Shown one piece after another: positions 53,001-64,000 of a DNA stretch of 64,000 nt. Each line of letters starts with the position of its first letter. Within the stretch, counting starts at the first letter, position 1. The translations under genes were made by a program, and so were the position numbers. The DNA comes from Cycas panzhihuaensis (taxonomy: Eukaryota; Plantae; Cycadophyta): positions 184,395,741 to 184,459,740 of the forward strand of contig CM041465.1 in assembly GCA_023213395.1 (NCBI GenBank), in the 5' to 3' direction. The notes under the pieces were generated by a model. The model was not told the DNA's origin and searched no databases. It was given only the letters and a program-made list of their open reading frames with translations.

Positions 53001-56000
53001 ACTGGTAAGTACTTCTAGTGATTCTGGTCTAGATAGTAAAATCATTATCCCAGAGGAAACAAACTATCAAATCTATATTGAGAACTACGTAAAACCATTC
53101 TATGGGGAGCAATTATATGAGACTACTCATTTAATGCACTGTGTTGAGTATTGGATAGATCAGGGGAACTGGGATAAAACCCAATGGCAGCAAAACCTAA
53201 TCCTAACCTTACGAGGGAGAGCTTGGTACTGGTACCTATCCCACCAAGCCACCCTTAGGAGTTGGCAAGATTTACAAACGATGTTTCGAATATGGTTTGA
53301 TCATCCAACCCAACTAACTATTCCAATATTCTACGTAGGTCATAACCCTAGAAAACATATACAGGTTTGTAAACAAAAATGGAGATCCTTAAGTATACCT
53401 AAACGGAATTGGCCTAACTATTTCTACCACACCTTGGGGAAAGTAGCAAAGGACTAGTTCCTGGGGAAGGAACAAAATCTAGATACAACTTGGGGAAACT
53501 TGAAGAAATCCTTCATAAAAACCTTTAGGCATACTTCGGATAACCAAAAATAAACAAAATCCTGAAACATATTAGAATAATGAGCATAAAATTAGAACAA
53601 CATCTAACAGATCAAGAAACGGTAGAGTCTATGCATAGTGAAAAAGAAGAGGTCATGAATTATCCTACAGAGTTTACAGAATTCACTGTTGGAGAAAGAA
53701 AGATAGAAGACACCCCGGGATACAAAACTGGAAATGCAGAAGATGTGGGTATAACAAGGTTGAAAACTATATAAATTAATGTTGGTAGTTCAGAAAATCC
53801 TAAGCTCATTCGAATTAGAAACTATTGGGATCCTCAAATGGTAGCAGAAGCCCAACAGTTATTTGAGGAATTTCGTGATGTATTCACATGGTCGTATAAA
53901 GACCTGAAAGACATTCCTCCGGAGATAGGAATGTATTATATCGATCTAGTGGAAGACGCCAAATCGGTGAAACAAAGACCATACTAGATGAATCCAAAAT
54001 ATAAAGAGAAAGTAAAAGCAGAACTTGATAAAATGTTGGAAGCAGGTTACATATATGAGATCGACTACAGCGGCTGGGTGAGCCCTGTAGTAGTGGTTCC
54101 CAAGAAAAATGGAAAAATTCACGTTTGTGTGGATTACAGATAATTGAATAAGGTGACAAAAAAGGATCCATTCCCATTACCTTTTACGGAGGATATTTTG
54201 GAAGCAGTTGGGGGAAATGAGATCTATTCCTTCACAGTTTGATTCGAAGGTACAATCAAGTGCAGATTGCCCTGGAAGATCAGGCAAAAATGACATTCGT
54301 GACAGAATGGGGTACGTACGCCTATAAAGTGATGCCATTCAGTCTCACGAATGCACCAATGACATTTCAGCGAATTGTGATTAATATCTTTCAGAAATTT
54401 ATTTTAGAAAAAGTTGCTGTATTCCTAGATGATTGGACGTTGTATGGGTTAATGAAAAATCATATGGAAAACTTGAGAGAAATGTTGCAAACATGTCGAG
54501 AAAATAAATTGTGTCTCAATCCAGAAAAGTGTACATTTCTAGTACACTTTGGAAACCTCTTAGGGCATATAGTCAGCAAAGAAGGATTGTTGATCGATCT
54601 AGCAAAAGTGTCTGCCATTCTACACTTTCCGATACCGATTACAAGAAAATAGCTAAAAGGTTTTCTGGGTTTGACGGGATATTATAGAAAGTTTATCAGA
54701 GGGTATGCATACATATTAGGACCCCAAGAAGAATTGCTGAAAACGAATATTAAATGGACATGGACAGAAGATCAGCAACGAGCATTTGAAACATTGCAAC
54801 AGACCATTGTAGCAGTGCCTATACTGCGGTTCCTAGATTAGAAGAAAACTTTTCACGTACATGTGGATGCGTCGCAGTACGCTATTGGATGTGTATTGGT
54901 ACAACCCAGTGATGATAAAACAGATCATCCAATCTACTTCGCTAGTCGAAAACTTACGAGAGCCAAGCAAAATTATACGATGATAGAAAGGGAAGCACTT
55001 GGCATGGTCTATGCATTACAAAAGTTTTGACATTATTTGTTATCTAATCCATTCCTGTTTTTCGTTGACCACCAAGCGCTGATGTATCTGGTGAATAAAC
55101 CAATTATGCGAGGAAGAATCAACAGATGGTTAATGTTGTTTCAAGAATTTTCTTTTAAAATCATTGTGAAACCCGGCAAAGCCCACATCATTCCAGATTA
55201 GCTGTCGAGAATAAAAAATGGAGAAAAAGCCACAGGAGTATCAGATGATTTTCCAGATGTAGGTCTGTTCAGTGCGGAGGCAGTTCCAACCGACTAGTAT
55301 GAGGGAATATCAGAATATCTAGCGACTGGAGAAGTGCCAGTAGAGTTAGATTGTATGGGGAAGAGAAATTTCATCAGAAAAGTGGAGCCATATCAACTTA
55401 TCAGTGGAGAGTTGTACAAATTAGGGCTAGATGACGTATTGCGACATTGTGTTCGATAGCATAGACAAACCAGATCATGTCCCAAGCACATGAAGGAGTA
55501 GCGGGTGGCCACATAGGAAAATTGGCCACATGGCGGAAGATCTTGACGTCGGGATTCTGGTGGCCATCAATGTTCGAAGATGTCAAAAAATAGATTCAAG
55601 CATGTGATTATTACCAACGCGTGGGGAAACTTAATCGATAGGATTTCCAATCGATGGATTTACCTTTGGCACCGTTCGGAAGATGGGGGCTCGACTTTGT
55701 GGGACCAATCAAACCAGTGGCGCGTAGATCCAAAGCTCGATACATTCTGGTGGCAACCGATTATACGATAAAATAGGTGGAAGCACGTGCATTGTGAAAA
55801 GTTGATGCAGAAAGCACAGCAAGATTTCTGTATGAGGTAGTGATTACGCGATTTGGATGCCCCTTGGAGATCATCAGTGACTAAGGTGCCCACTTCCTTA
55901 ACCAGACTATTGAAACATTGACAACCGCCTTTATGATTAGCCATCAGAAATCAGCTCCCTACTACCTGAGAGCCAATAGCCAAGCAGAGAGCTCAAATAA

Positions 56001-56538
56001 GATAATCGAGAACTGCTTGTGAAAGATATGCGACATCGGTAGATCTGATTGGGCCGAGAAGTTACCCTCCATGCTATGGGCATTTCGTACGACATACAAA
56101 AGGTCAATTGGTCAGACTCCATTCCAGCTTGTATATGGCATAGAAGCCATTCTCCTGATAGAGTTTGAGATACTCAGCTTACGAGTGGCAGTACAATGTC
56201 GATTAGACGACCTCTAGTCTTTAGAATGACGACTGGAAGACTTAGTGCGGCTAGAAGAGAAACGACACCTAGCAGACTGGTTGCAACATATCAAAAAGCG
56301 GCGACAAAAAATATGGCACGACCGCCATCTACGAAAACCCCAATTCAACGAAGGTGATCAAGTGTTACTGTATGACAGCAAATTCAAAACGCACCCTGCG
56401 AAACTCAAGATGCGGTGGTTGGGACCATACATCGCAGAAAGAATTTTTGAGAATGGATCGGTGCAGCTTCGAGATATTGATGGACCTCTGCTACCAACTC
56501 GGGTAAATGGTAGCAGACTCAAGCCTTATATCGAGTAG
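50063..56538 (+). pseudogene. Gypsy gag-PR-(extra capsid-like domains)-RT-RNaseH-IN, many premature stops
   Basis: FACTLRGVPLAWY (gag), four CCHC knuckles, IIDGGIAVNVL (PR), YKVMPFSLTNAP and FLDDW (RT), HVDASQYAIG and IEREALGMV (RH), GVAGGH and WGLDFVGP (IN), RWLGPY. Confidence 0.93.
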
Positions 56539-56759
56539 CCTAACCTACCAGCAGGATCAACTGGTTGTACCATATCGTATTGCATGATGTTGAGGCAATT
56601 AACTGCCTTGATACCGAGCCATGATCCAGTTCGGTATGGATACAAAAATAGAAAAAAAAATTGAAAAAAATAAAAAAATAACCGTAACTCATTACTGATA
56701 TAAGTAGCAATGACATAATCTGAAAAAAAATCAGAGGGAAATTCATTGGCATACAAGTA

Positions 56760-57200
56760 AATTATAGTGTACATACTAAAAAGGTTATGTTACCAGGTAC
56801 ATACAGTTGAAACGGTGATAAAAATTGAAAATACACTATACGTACCAAGGGAATTCACTAAAGTACGCATAGTTTAAAAAAAAGTGACTCAGAATTACAC
56901 TATATGTACCTGAAAAGTATGCAGGAGGGTATGCACAGTGTAAACAACTTTTAAGTAGCTTAATTACATTATATGTACCTAAAAAGTACGCAAGCAGGTA
57001 CGTACAGTGGAAAGGAGAGTAAGTTAAAAGATTATATTATATGTACCAACAAAGTATGTAGTCGGGTACGTACTGTGTAAAAGATACTCAAGTGATTAGT
57101 TACATTATATGTACCAAAGAAAGTACGCCATCGAGTATGTATAATAAAAGCTAGTAACACTATACGTACCAAGGGCACGTATAAGGCAAAAATCCGCAAA
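56760..57200 (+). repeat. Degenerate ~60-bp GTAC-rich tandem repeats between pol and the 3' ORF (mirrored at ~61000-61400)
   Basis: Recurrent tacaYtataYgtacc...aaagtaYgca units. Confidence 0.75.
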
Positions 57201-57398
57201 ACGACAAATCATTACGTACCTACGAGCATTCCCGTGCGGTATGCAGAGTAGAACGGATTTCAGAAATCAGCACGTAAGAGACTGCTCCGGTACGTATCAC
57301 AGTACGCAGGAAATGGCAAGCGTTCTACAGAGGTACGCACGTGTGGTTCTAGTTGTACGCTTTGGTTTCTTTTTTATCTCTGGGACTCCACAGCCCTT

Positions 57399-58490
57399 AT
57401 GAGGACAGTAGGGTGCCAGGAGGCTTACATACTAAAGCTGAAGCAAGACCTCCAAGCTCTAACGACTGCATTTCAGGCCAAGGTTAAGCGGGTAGGTTGG
57501 GGAGACTACATCTACTGTAACCCCATGTACTATGACCTCGAATTGATGGACCAAATCCTAATGGCCCTAAAGGCAGACAGTAGGAAGGCCAAAATGGACG
57601 CAGACATAGTCCATACTATCACTAGACTTTCCAAGGAGGGAGAGGTTCCATTGGGAACAAAGAGATCAGAGGTAGACTGGGAAATGTGGCTAAGGGAATT
57701 ATGCCAGCCCAACACTCAGATTATGTCCGGCAGAATCAGAGTAGCCGATATTATGGACGGAAGACTTCAGTGGGTGGCCAAAGTGATTAATTCCAAGTTT
57801 TTGTCAAAACGGAAGTACATCTACATCTAGGGAGGCATGATGCAGGTGTTGTTAAAAATTTGAGATGGAGAAAGGATGAATTGGTCAGAATTTTTGGCAA
57901 AAAATATGAGACAGCAGCTACAAGAGATTAGGACACATCCATTCCGCCATCCTTCATTGCCTTTGGCAATTTTATTCTACTAGTGTCCAGAGGTACAACT
58001 GACCAGGACTACTATCTCTCCTCGGGAGCCAATTATCAAGTAGTGGGTAGTAGAATTTCCAAACACAACAACCAGTCTGGAAGCAAAATAGAGAGTATAA
58101 AAGCAGATGCAAAAGGTGCTTACCTGGCTACAGAAAACACCAGGAACACCTATCAGTCATCGGATGAAACAAGCTGTTCATCGTCGCGGAAAGAGGAAGA
58201 AGGGAGAAGAAGAAACAGAAGAAGACGAGGAAGAGGAAGCAAAAGCATCCTGGGAAGAATGGGAAGACTTCCCACCAGCAACAGAGGCAGGAGAACCTTT
58301 AGCACCTCCTACACCGCAGGATAAAGCGGGACCCATTATCCAAATGATTCAGGAAATGGAGGCAGGGTACAAAGTAGAGATAGCGGCCCTTCAGGATAAA
58401 ATAAAGGAGAAGGATGCCATTATTGCCACCCTGACATAGATAAATAAGGAAATTTTGGGAGGACAGAGGCAACAGGAGCCACCTTGAGAC
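57399..58490 (+). pseudogene. Sense-strand extra 3' ORF of the Gypsy element (Athila/env-like 'plant transposon protein' type), with stops
   Basis: MRTVGCQEAYILKLKQ...GERMNWSEFLAKNMRQQLQEIRTHPFRHPSL...acidic tail and coiled coil. The homolog is conserved at protein level in the minus copy. Confidence 0.75.
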
Positions 58491-59639
58491 AGAGTAGGGG
58501 AGGGATACCCCGAATTTTTGATTTTTTGGAGTTTTGTTGAGCAAGGATGCTCAAACCCATAACTGTTGACCCAGGATAGATGTTGCAGTCAAAAGTGATC
58601 CAATTGTTGTGTGAGGACCAGAGGTAGGTCAGATAACCCGAGTTGTGCAGGTACAGATCACACGGAGGTGCACACGAGGCAAAACGGCAGAAAAACCAGC
58701 ATTTTGGGTACGTATGACAGGTGCGTACTTGGAACGGGTACGTATGATAGATACGTACCAATGACAGAATGGAACCGAGCAGAAGCGGTACGCACGACTC
58801 AAGGGGACCAGTGAAGACTTGTTGAGGTGCCAGACATATGTACGGACGTACAGACATAAAGGATGGATTAATTAAATGCTAAACAATTGATTAAGTGAAA
58901 GGGTACGCATGACTGAAGGGGTACGATTATGACGAGTGCTATAACCCTTCAAATTAAAAGGTACCAACATGAGTACTTAAGGAGGTACGCATGTTTCACC
59001 AGGTTAGGGTGAGAGCTGGATATCACGGGTATGCAAAGGTGCAGGAGCCAGTACGCATGACAGCCATTTGGAGCATCACTGTATGATAAGTACCATCTGG
59101 GTACGCATATGCAATAGAAAGATTGTATGCTGCTGGAATGCTCAGGAATGCATTCCAGTCTCTGTGTAAATGAACTGTTGACTTAATAAAAAGAAGAGTT
59201 ACATGGAAATTGGTGTATTCTTGGTGTTGTGATGATGATTTACTGAGTATATATTGATTTCTGTACTACTATGTACTATTCTGTGAATTATATGTGAAAT
59301 ATATGTGGAATGTATGTGAATGACCATGTTGATAGTATCCTGAACTAGACTATAGCGCTGTGTAACCTTGATAAGTGTGGGATATCTCATAAGTGTAATA
59401 AGATAAACCCTAGCTGAAGTCAACACCCAGAATACTAATTTCTTCACTATTTTGCCTTATGCGTACCTCCGTACGGTCTGTACCTGCACGTCTTAGATTA
59501 CGTGACCTACCTCTGGTCTTCCAACAGCCATAGGATCACTTTATGCCCCAACATCTATCCCGGGTCAACAGTTATGGGTTTGAGCATCCTTGCTTAACAA
59601 AACTCCAAAAACTTTTCAAAAATTGGGGTGTATTCCTCC

Positions 59640-60883
59640 CCCACTTTATCTCAAGGCAGCTCCTGCTGCCTCTGTCCTCCCAAAATTTCTTCATTAATCT
59701 GTGTTAGAGTGGCAATGATAGCATCCTTTTCTTTAATTTTGTCTTGAAGGGTAGCTATCTCAGCTTTATACCCTTCCTCCATTTCTTGAATTAACTGAAT
59801 TATTGGTCTTGCTTTGTCATGTGGTATAGGAGGTGCTGAGGGTTCCCCTACCTCTGTTGCCTGAGGGAAGTCTTCCCATTCTTCTCAGGAGGTCTCTGCT
59901 TCTTCTTCCTCCTCCTCTGTTTCTTCTTCTCCCTTCTTCTTCTTACCTCTTCTATGGACAACCTGTTTTATCTGATGAGGAATGGGTGTTCTTAGTGTCT
60001 TCTATAACCAGGTAAGTACTTTCTACATTTATTTTTGTACCCTTCTCTTTGCTTCCAGGCTATTCACTATGTTTGGAAATTCTGCTGCCCACTGTTTGAT
60101 AATAGGTTCCCATGGAGAAATGGTGGTCCTGGTCAGCTGCACATCTGGACACTGATAGAACAAGATAGCTAATAGCAAGGAGGGATGCCGGAATGGATGT
60201 GTCCTAATCTCCTTGAGTTGCTGCCTCATGTTCTCTGCCAAGAATTCAGACCAATTCAGTTTCTCCCCATCCCGAATTTTCAACAACACCTGCATCATGC
60301 CTCCCTAGATGTATGTGTACTTCCATTCAGACAAAAATCTGGAATTTATCACTTTTGCCACCCATTGAAGTCTAACATCAATAATGTCTGCTACATGGAT
60401 TCCACCAGATATAATCTGAGTATTTGGTTGACACAATTCCCTTAACCACATTTCTCGGTCAATTTCTGACCTTTTTGTTCCTAGTGGAACTTCTCCTTCA
60501 TTTGGAAGTTTTGTAATGGTGTGAATTATGTCTGCATCCATTTTGGCCTTCCTGCTATCCTCCTTCAGTGCCAACAGGATTTGATCCATAAGTTCTGGGT
60601 CATAATACATTGGGTTGCAGTAAATGTAGTCTCCCCATCCTGCTTGCTTAACCTTGGTCTGGAATTGAGCTGGTAGGGCTTGTAACTCTTGCTTGAGCTT
60701 TGGTATAAATGCCTCTTGGCATCCTGCTGTCCTCATAATGGCTGTGGAGTCCCAGAGATAGGAAAAATAACCTAAGCGTACAAACCAAAACCCTACGTGC
60801 GTACCTTTGAGGAATGCTTGCCATTTTTGTGACTTTCTCAGATCGAGATGCGTGCAGTCAATTTCCTCGCGTCTGCGCCGCAT
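59640..60883 (-). pseudogene. Extra 3' ORF of the second (minus) Gypsy copy
   Basis: ORFs 60305-60883 and 60029-60298 align with 57399-58100 (e.g. GWGDYIYCNPMYYD, NWSEFLAENMRQQL). Confidence 0.8.
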
Positions 60884-63800
60884 GCTTGCTTAGTAGATTT
60901 TTCAGAGTTGATTCATCCGTTTCACTCTGCATACTTCGCGAGAATGCTCGCAGGTACATAATACTTTGTCGTATTCAGATTTTTTGTCTTATACGTGCCG
61001 TTGATGCGTATAGTGTTAAGTGCCTCTACTGTGTATACTTGATTACGTACGTTTCTGGTATGTAAAATGTAACTGGGCACTTAAGTTTATTTTCCACTGT
61101 GCGTACCCGATTACGTACTTTTTTGGTACATATACTGTAATCATTTAGCTTACTTCTCTTTCCATTGTACATACCTGCTTGCGTACTTTTTAGGCACGTA
61201 TAATGTAATTGAGCAACTTAAAATTTGTTTACACTGTGTGTACCTGACTGCATACTTTTTAGGTATGTATAGTATATTTTTTAGTCACTTTTTTGAACTG
61301 TGCGTACTGGACTGTATTTTCTTGGTGCGTATAGTATATTTTTTAAAATTTGATCACTTTTTTAATTGTACGTACCTGGTAACATACCCTGATGGTACGT
61401 ATAATGTATTTTGCTTGTATGCTTTTGATTTTTCCGATGATTTTTTCAATTACTGATGCAGTTTCTTATGTCTGTGATGAGTTACGGTTGTTTTTCTGTT
61501 TTTTATTTTTTTTGTATTTTATGTTACGTACTGAACTGAATCACGTTTTGGTATCAAGGCAATTCAATTTTGTCTCAACTTCATGCAACACGTTATAGTA
61601 CAACCTGCTGATTCGGCTGGTAAGTTGCTCCACCCTAGTTGATATAGGGTTTCAGTTTACTATCCTTGACCATTTCAGGCAATAGTTGGCATGATAGTTT
61701 CTTCAACTGGATAGTGTCATTCTGGTACACCTTCTCAATCATATATGGGCCTTTCCAATGCATCTTCAATTCTCCTTGGGTTGTTTGGGATTTTTTGTTG
61801 AATCACCATACTTGATCACCCTTCTTGAAATATGATGTCTTGTCGTGGCAGTCGTGCCTTGTCCTTTTTGGCCTTTTCCTTGGTGTTGTATGCTTTGTCG
61901 ATTTCTTTTTATGATCCCTTAATTGGTCTTCTCCTAACCAATGTTCTCTATAATGTCTCAAATGGGAAATTCCATATAGTAGTTCTCCATAAAAGGTCTT
62001 CACATAATCTCCAATGTATTCTTCATGATTTCTATCTTCTGAAGTGACAACTTTGTTTCCTAGACCAGAATCTCTAGGGATACTCTAAGCAAGTTCCTTC
62101 CCTTCTTCTTCAAATTTGGCACCGATGGTTGAAAAAGATCTTCCGCTGGGTAGGTGTACCTCTAAAGAAGATGAGGAAGGATTGTTACTTCCTTTCTCGG
62201 GCTGGGATAGGGGTGGGGAAGGGCAATCTACCTCAAGACCCACACTGGAGGTAGAGGGAAGGTTAGGGTTAGAGGGGGTTGGGGTATTGGGAGGTGAATT
62301 AGTGTAAGGGTTTGGGTTAAAAGGGGGATTTGGGTTTGGGTCTAGGTTTTTAATGTTATTATTAACACTCGTATAATCAACAAATTCAGATTTAATATCA
62401 ATGTCCTCAGTTACAGTCTGAGAGAGTAGGTTACACCTATAGGATGAGGGGTTGACTTCATATGCATCCCGTAGCCAATAATCCATGAATCTCATTCCGT
62501 GTTCGTTGTCCGAAGAGTTGTATATTTCCCCGAAATAGGTCGGTTCTTCTTGCTGATAATTGATCGATGTGGTGGGCTCTTCCGCAGTATGATATAGGTG
62601 TTCTTTCCCAATAGAAGAGAATGTTGTGTCGCTCGTGACAGTCATGCTGGATCCCTCATCTGGTATCATTTCGATGGAGTTTCTTCCCAGCATCGGTAAT
62701 ACTACTTTATTTTCATTATTCGATAAGGTGAAGGTTACATTTTTCTAGTTTTAGAGGCATTGCATTTTGTATAACCATGGCCTTCCCAAGAGTGCTAGAT
62801 AGGGCGTTGCCCCTTTTTCTGTTTCTACGATTGTGAAGTCAATTTTTACCACTATCCCTACCACATCTACCTTGATGTCGGCCAATCTCCCCATAGGTTG
62901 TACCAATAATTCATTGGCCAATTTCAACGAATATGTCACCGCTTCCAACTTCGGGCTTCCCAGTTTACGCCATGTCGAAGCTGGTAATATATTTACCGCC
63001 GCGCCTCCATCAACGATTACTCTTGGGAATGTTTCTCTCAAGACCGTCATTGTTACCATCGGATCCATATCAAATGATGGTATTATTTGCTTTAAACTCT
63101 TTGTAATTCCATGTTGTAATACTCCTCCTTTTATCCAATCAATAACTTGGCATAGGGGGATGGTCAACTATAATTGTTTGACCAAATTTTCCATCAATAG
63201 CAGCATTCTTGGAATGTCTTCCACTGGCAATCCTTTAAAGAGTTCCTCCATTTACACCATTTGCAGCTGTACCTTAGGCTCTTCTGGTATATTCTCTTTT
63301 TCTTTCTATTTATTCTTCCGTACGTATACGTACTTAGTCTCTGGTTTTCCTATCGGTAATATATTCTCTTCTCGGATTAAGCCATCTAATACTTGTTTTG
63401 CTTTTTTAAACCAATCCATTTCTATTGGCGGATCCAGATATCCTTCGTTCAGTTTCTCCTTCTGTTTATTTTGGAGTTTGACATTTTTGGTTTCTGGTAT
63501 GATCATCATTAAATTGGTGGCTTTGGCCTTTCCTTTACAATCTTCCATTTTATGGTCACTTGGGCCACAGTTATTACATACAAATAGTTTCTGTTCGTAT
63601 TCCTGTTTCGTTGGGCATTCTGACTTCCAGTGCCCAAATTGCAGACAGATGATGCATCTACCCATTGGTGGTTTTTTCCTTGAGGGTTCTTGTGTACCCC
63701 TTGTTGTGTACATATTTCGAGGTGGGTTGCCTCCCCTTCCCCTACCTCATCCTCTGTAGGCCTTTCCTTTGGGATTATAGAAACAATTATTGGTCGTATG

Positions 63801-64000
63801 CGTATCTACGTTGCATATGTGGCACCATCTGTCCTGTTGGTGTAATGCACTATTTTTTAAATTCAATTCACATTCTTTAGTGGTATGTGAATTCTCTTCA
63901 CAGATGTGGTACCATTTGGTTATTCTTCTGACATGGTCCTTCTTTTTCGTTGTTTCTTATTCATCTCTGTTATTTCTAATTTTCAGCCTGGCCACTTCTT

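Larger units (their letters stand above)
48882..59425 (+). mobile_element. Full-length Ty3/Gypsy element (10.5 kb, non-chromovirus) with extra 3' ORF, inserted in reverse orientation into a same-family LTR
   Basis: 845-bp LTRs 48882-49726 and 58581-59425 (TGTTG...CAACA). Perfect TSD cccag (48877-48881 / 59426-59430). PBS tggttccattgcc at 49728-49740. Confidence 0.97.
48132..64000 (-). mobile_element. Ty3/Gypsy element (pol-deleted copy) running off the window end; its 3' LTR is split into 48132-48881 and 59431-59553
   Basis: The LTR halves are the reverse complement of the 845-bp LTRs of the inserted + copy. gag with zinc knuckles at 63300-64000, protease VIVDGGAAVNIL (62751-63167), integrase C-terminal remnant at 61637-62000, 3' ORF at 59640-60883. 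Confidence 0.9.

Noticed and set aside
62833-63759. 308-aa + strand ORF
   Set aside because: Antisense shadow of the minus-strand gag-protease; the homologous region of the other copy is broken (51335-51817, 51850-52113).

Overview
AT-rich, CpG-depleted land-plant nuclear DNA (tRNA-iMet-primed Copia and Ty3/Gypsy elements, PIF/Harbinger; the element types suggest a fern, lycophyte or gymnosperm, which I cannot confirm). About 85% of the window is decayed transposon. It contains a Harbinger pseudogene pair (0.2-3 kb), a 1.2-kb compound microsatellite, a nested LTR-retrotransposon stack (12.4-48 kb; several insertions have readable target-site duplications), and two copies of one unusual Gypsy family, one inserted in reverse into the other's LTR (48.1-64 kb). 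I found no intact host protein-coding gene. The one stretch that is clearly not TE-coding is a CpG-retaining island at 5.6-10.4 kb. It consists of a palindrome-dense tandem repeat followed by an apparently spliced + strand non-coding transcript (predicted 4 exons, 3 introns of ~230-250 nt) packed with about 14 consecutive stem-loops. Two of the stem-loops look paralogous and one has arms separated by a predicted intron. This candidate polycistronic MIR/structured-lncRNA locus is the most interesting object here. All RNA structures were paired by eye, not computed, and no expression data are available.
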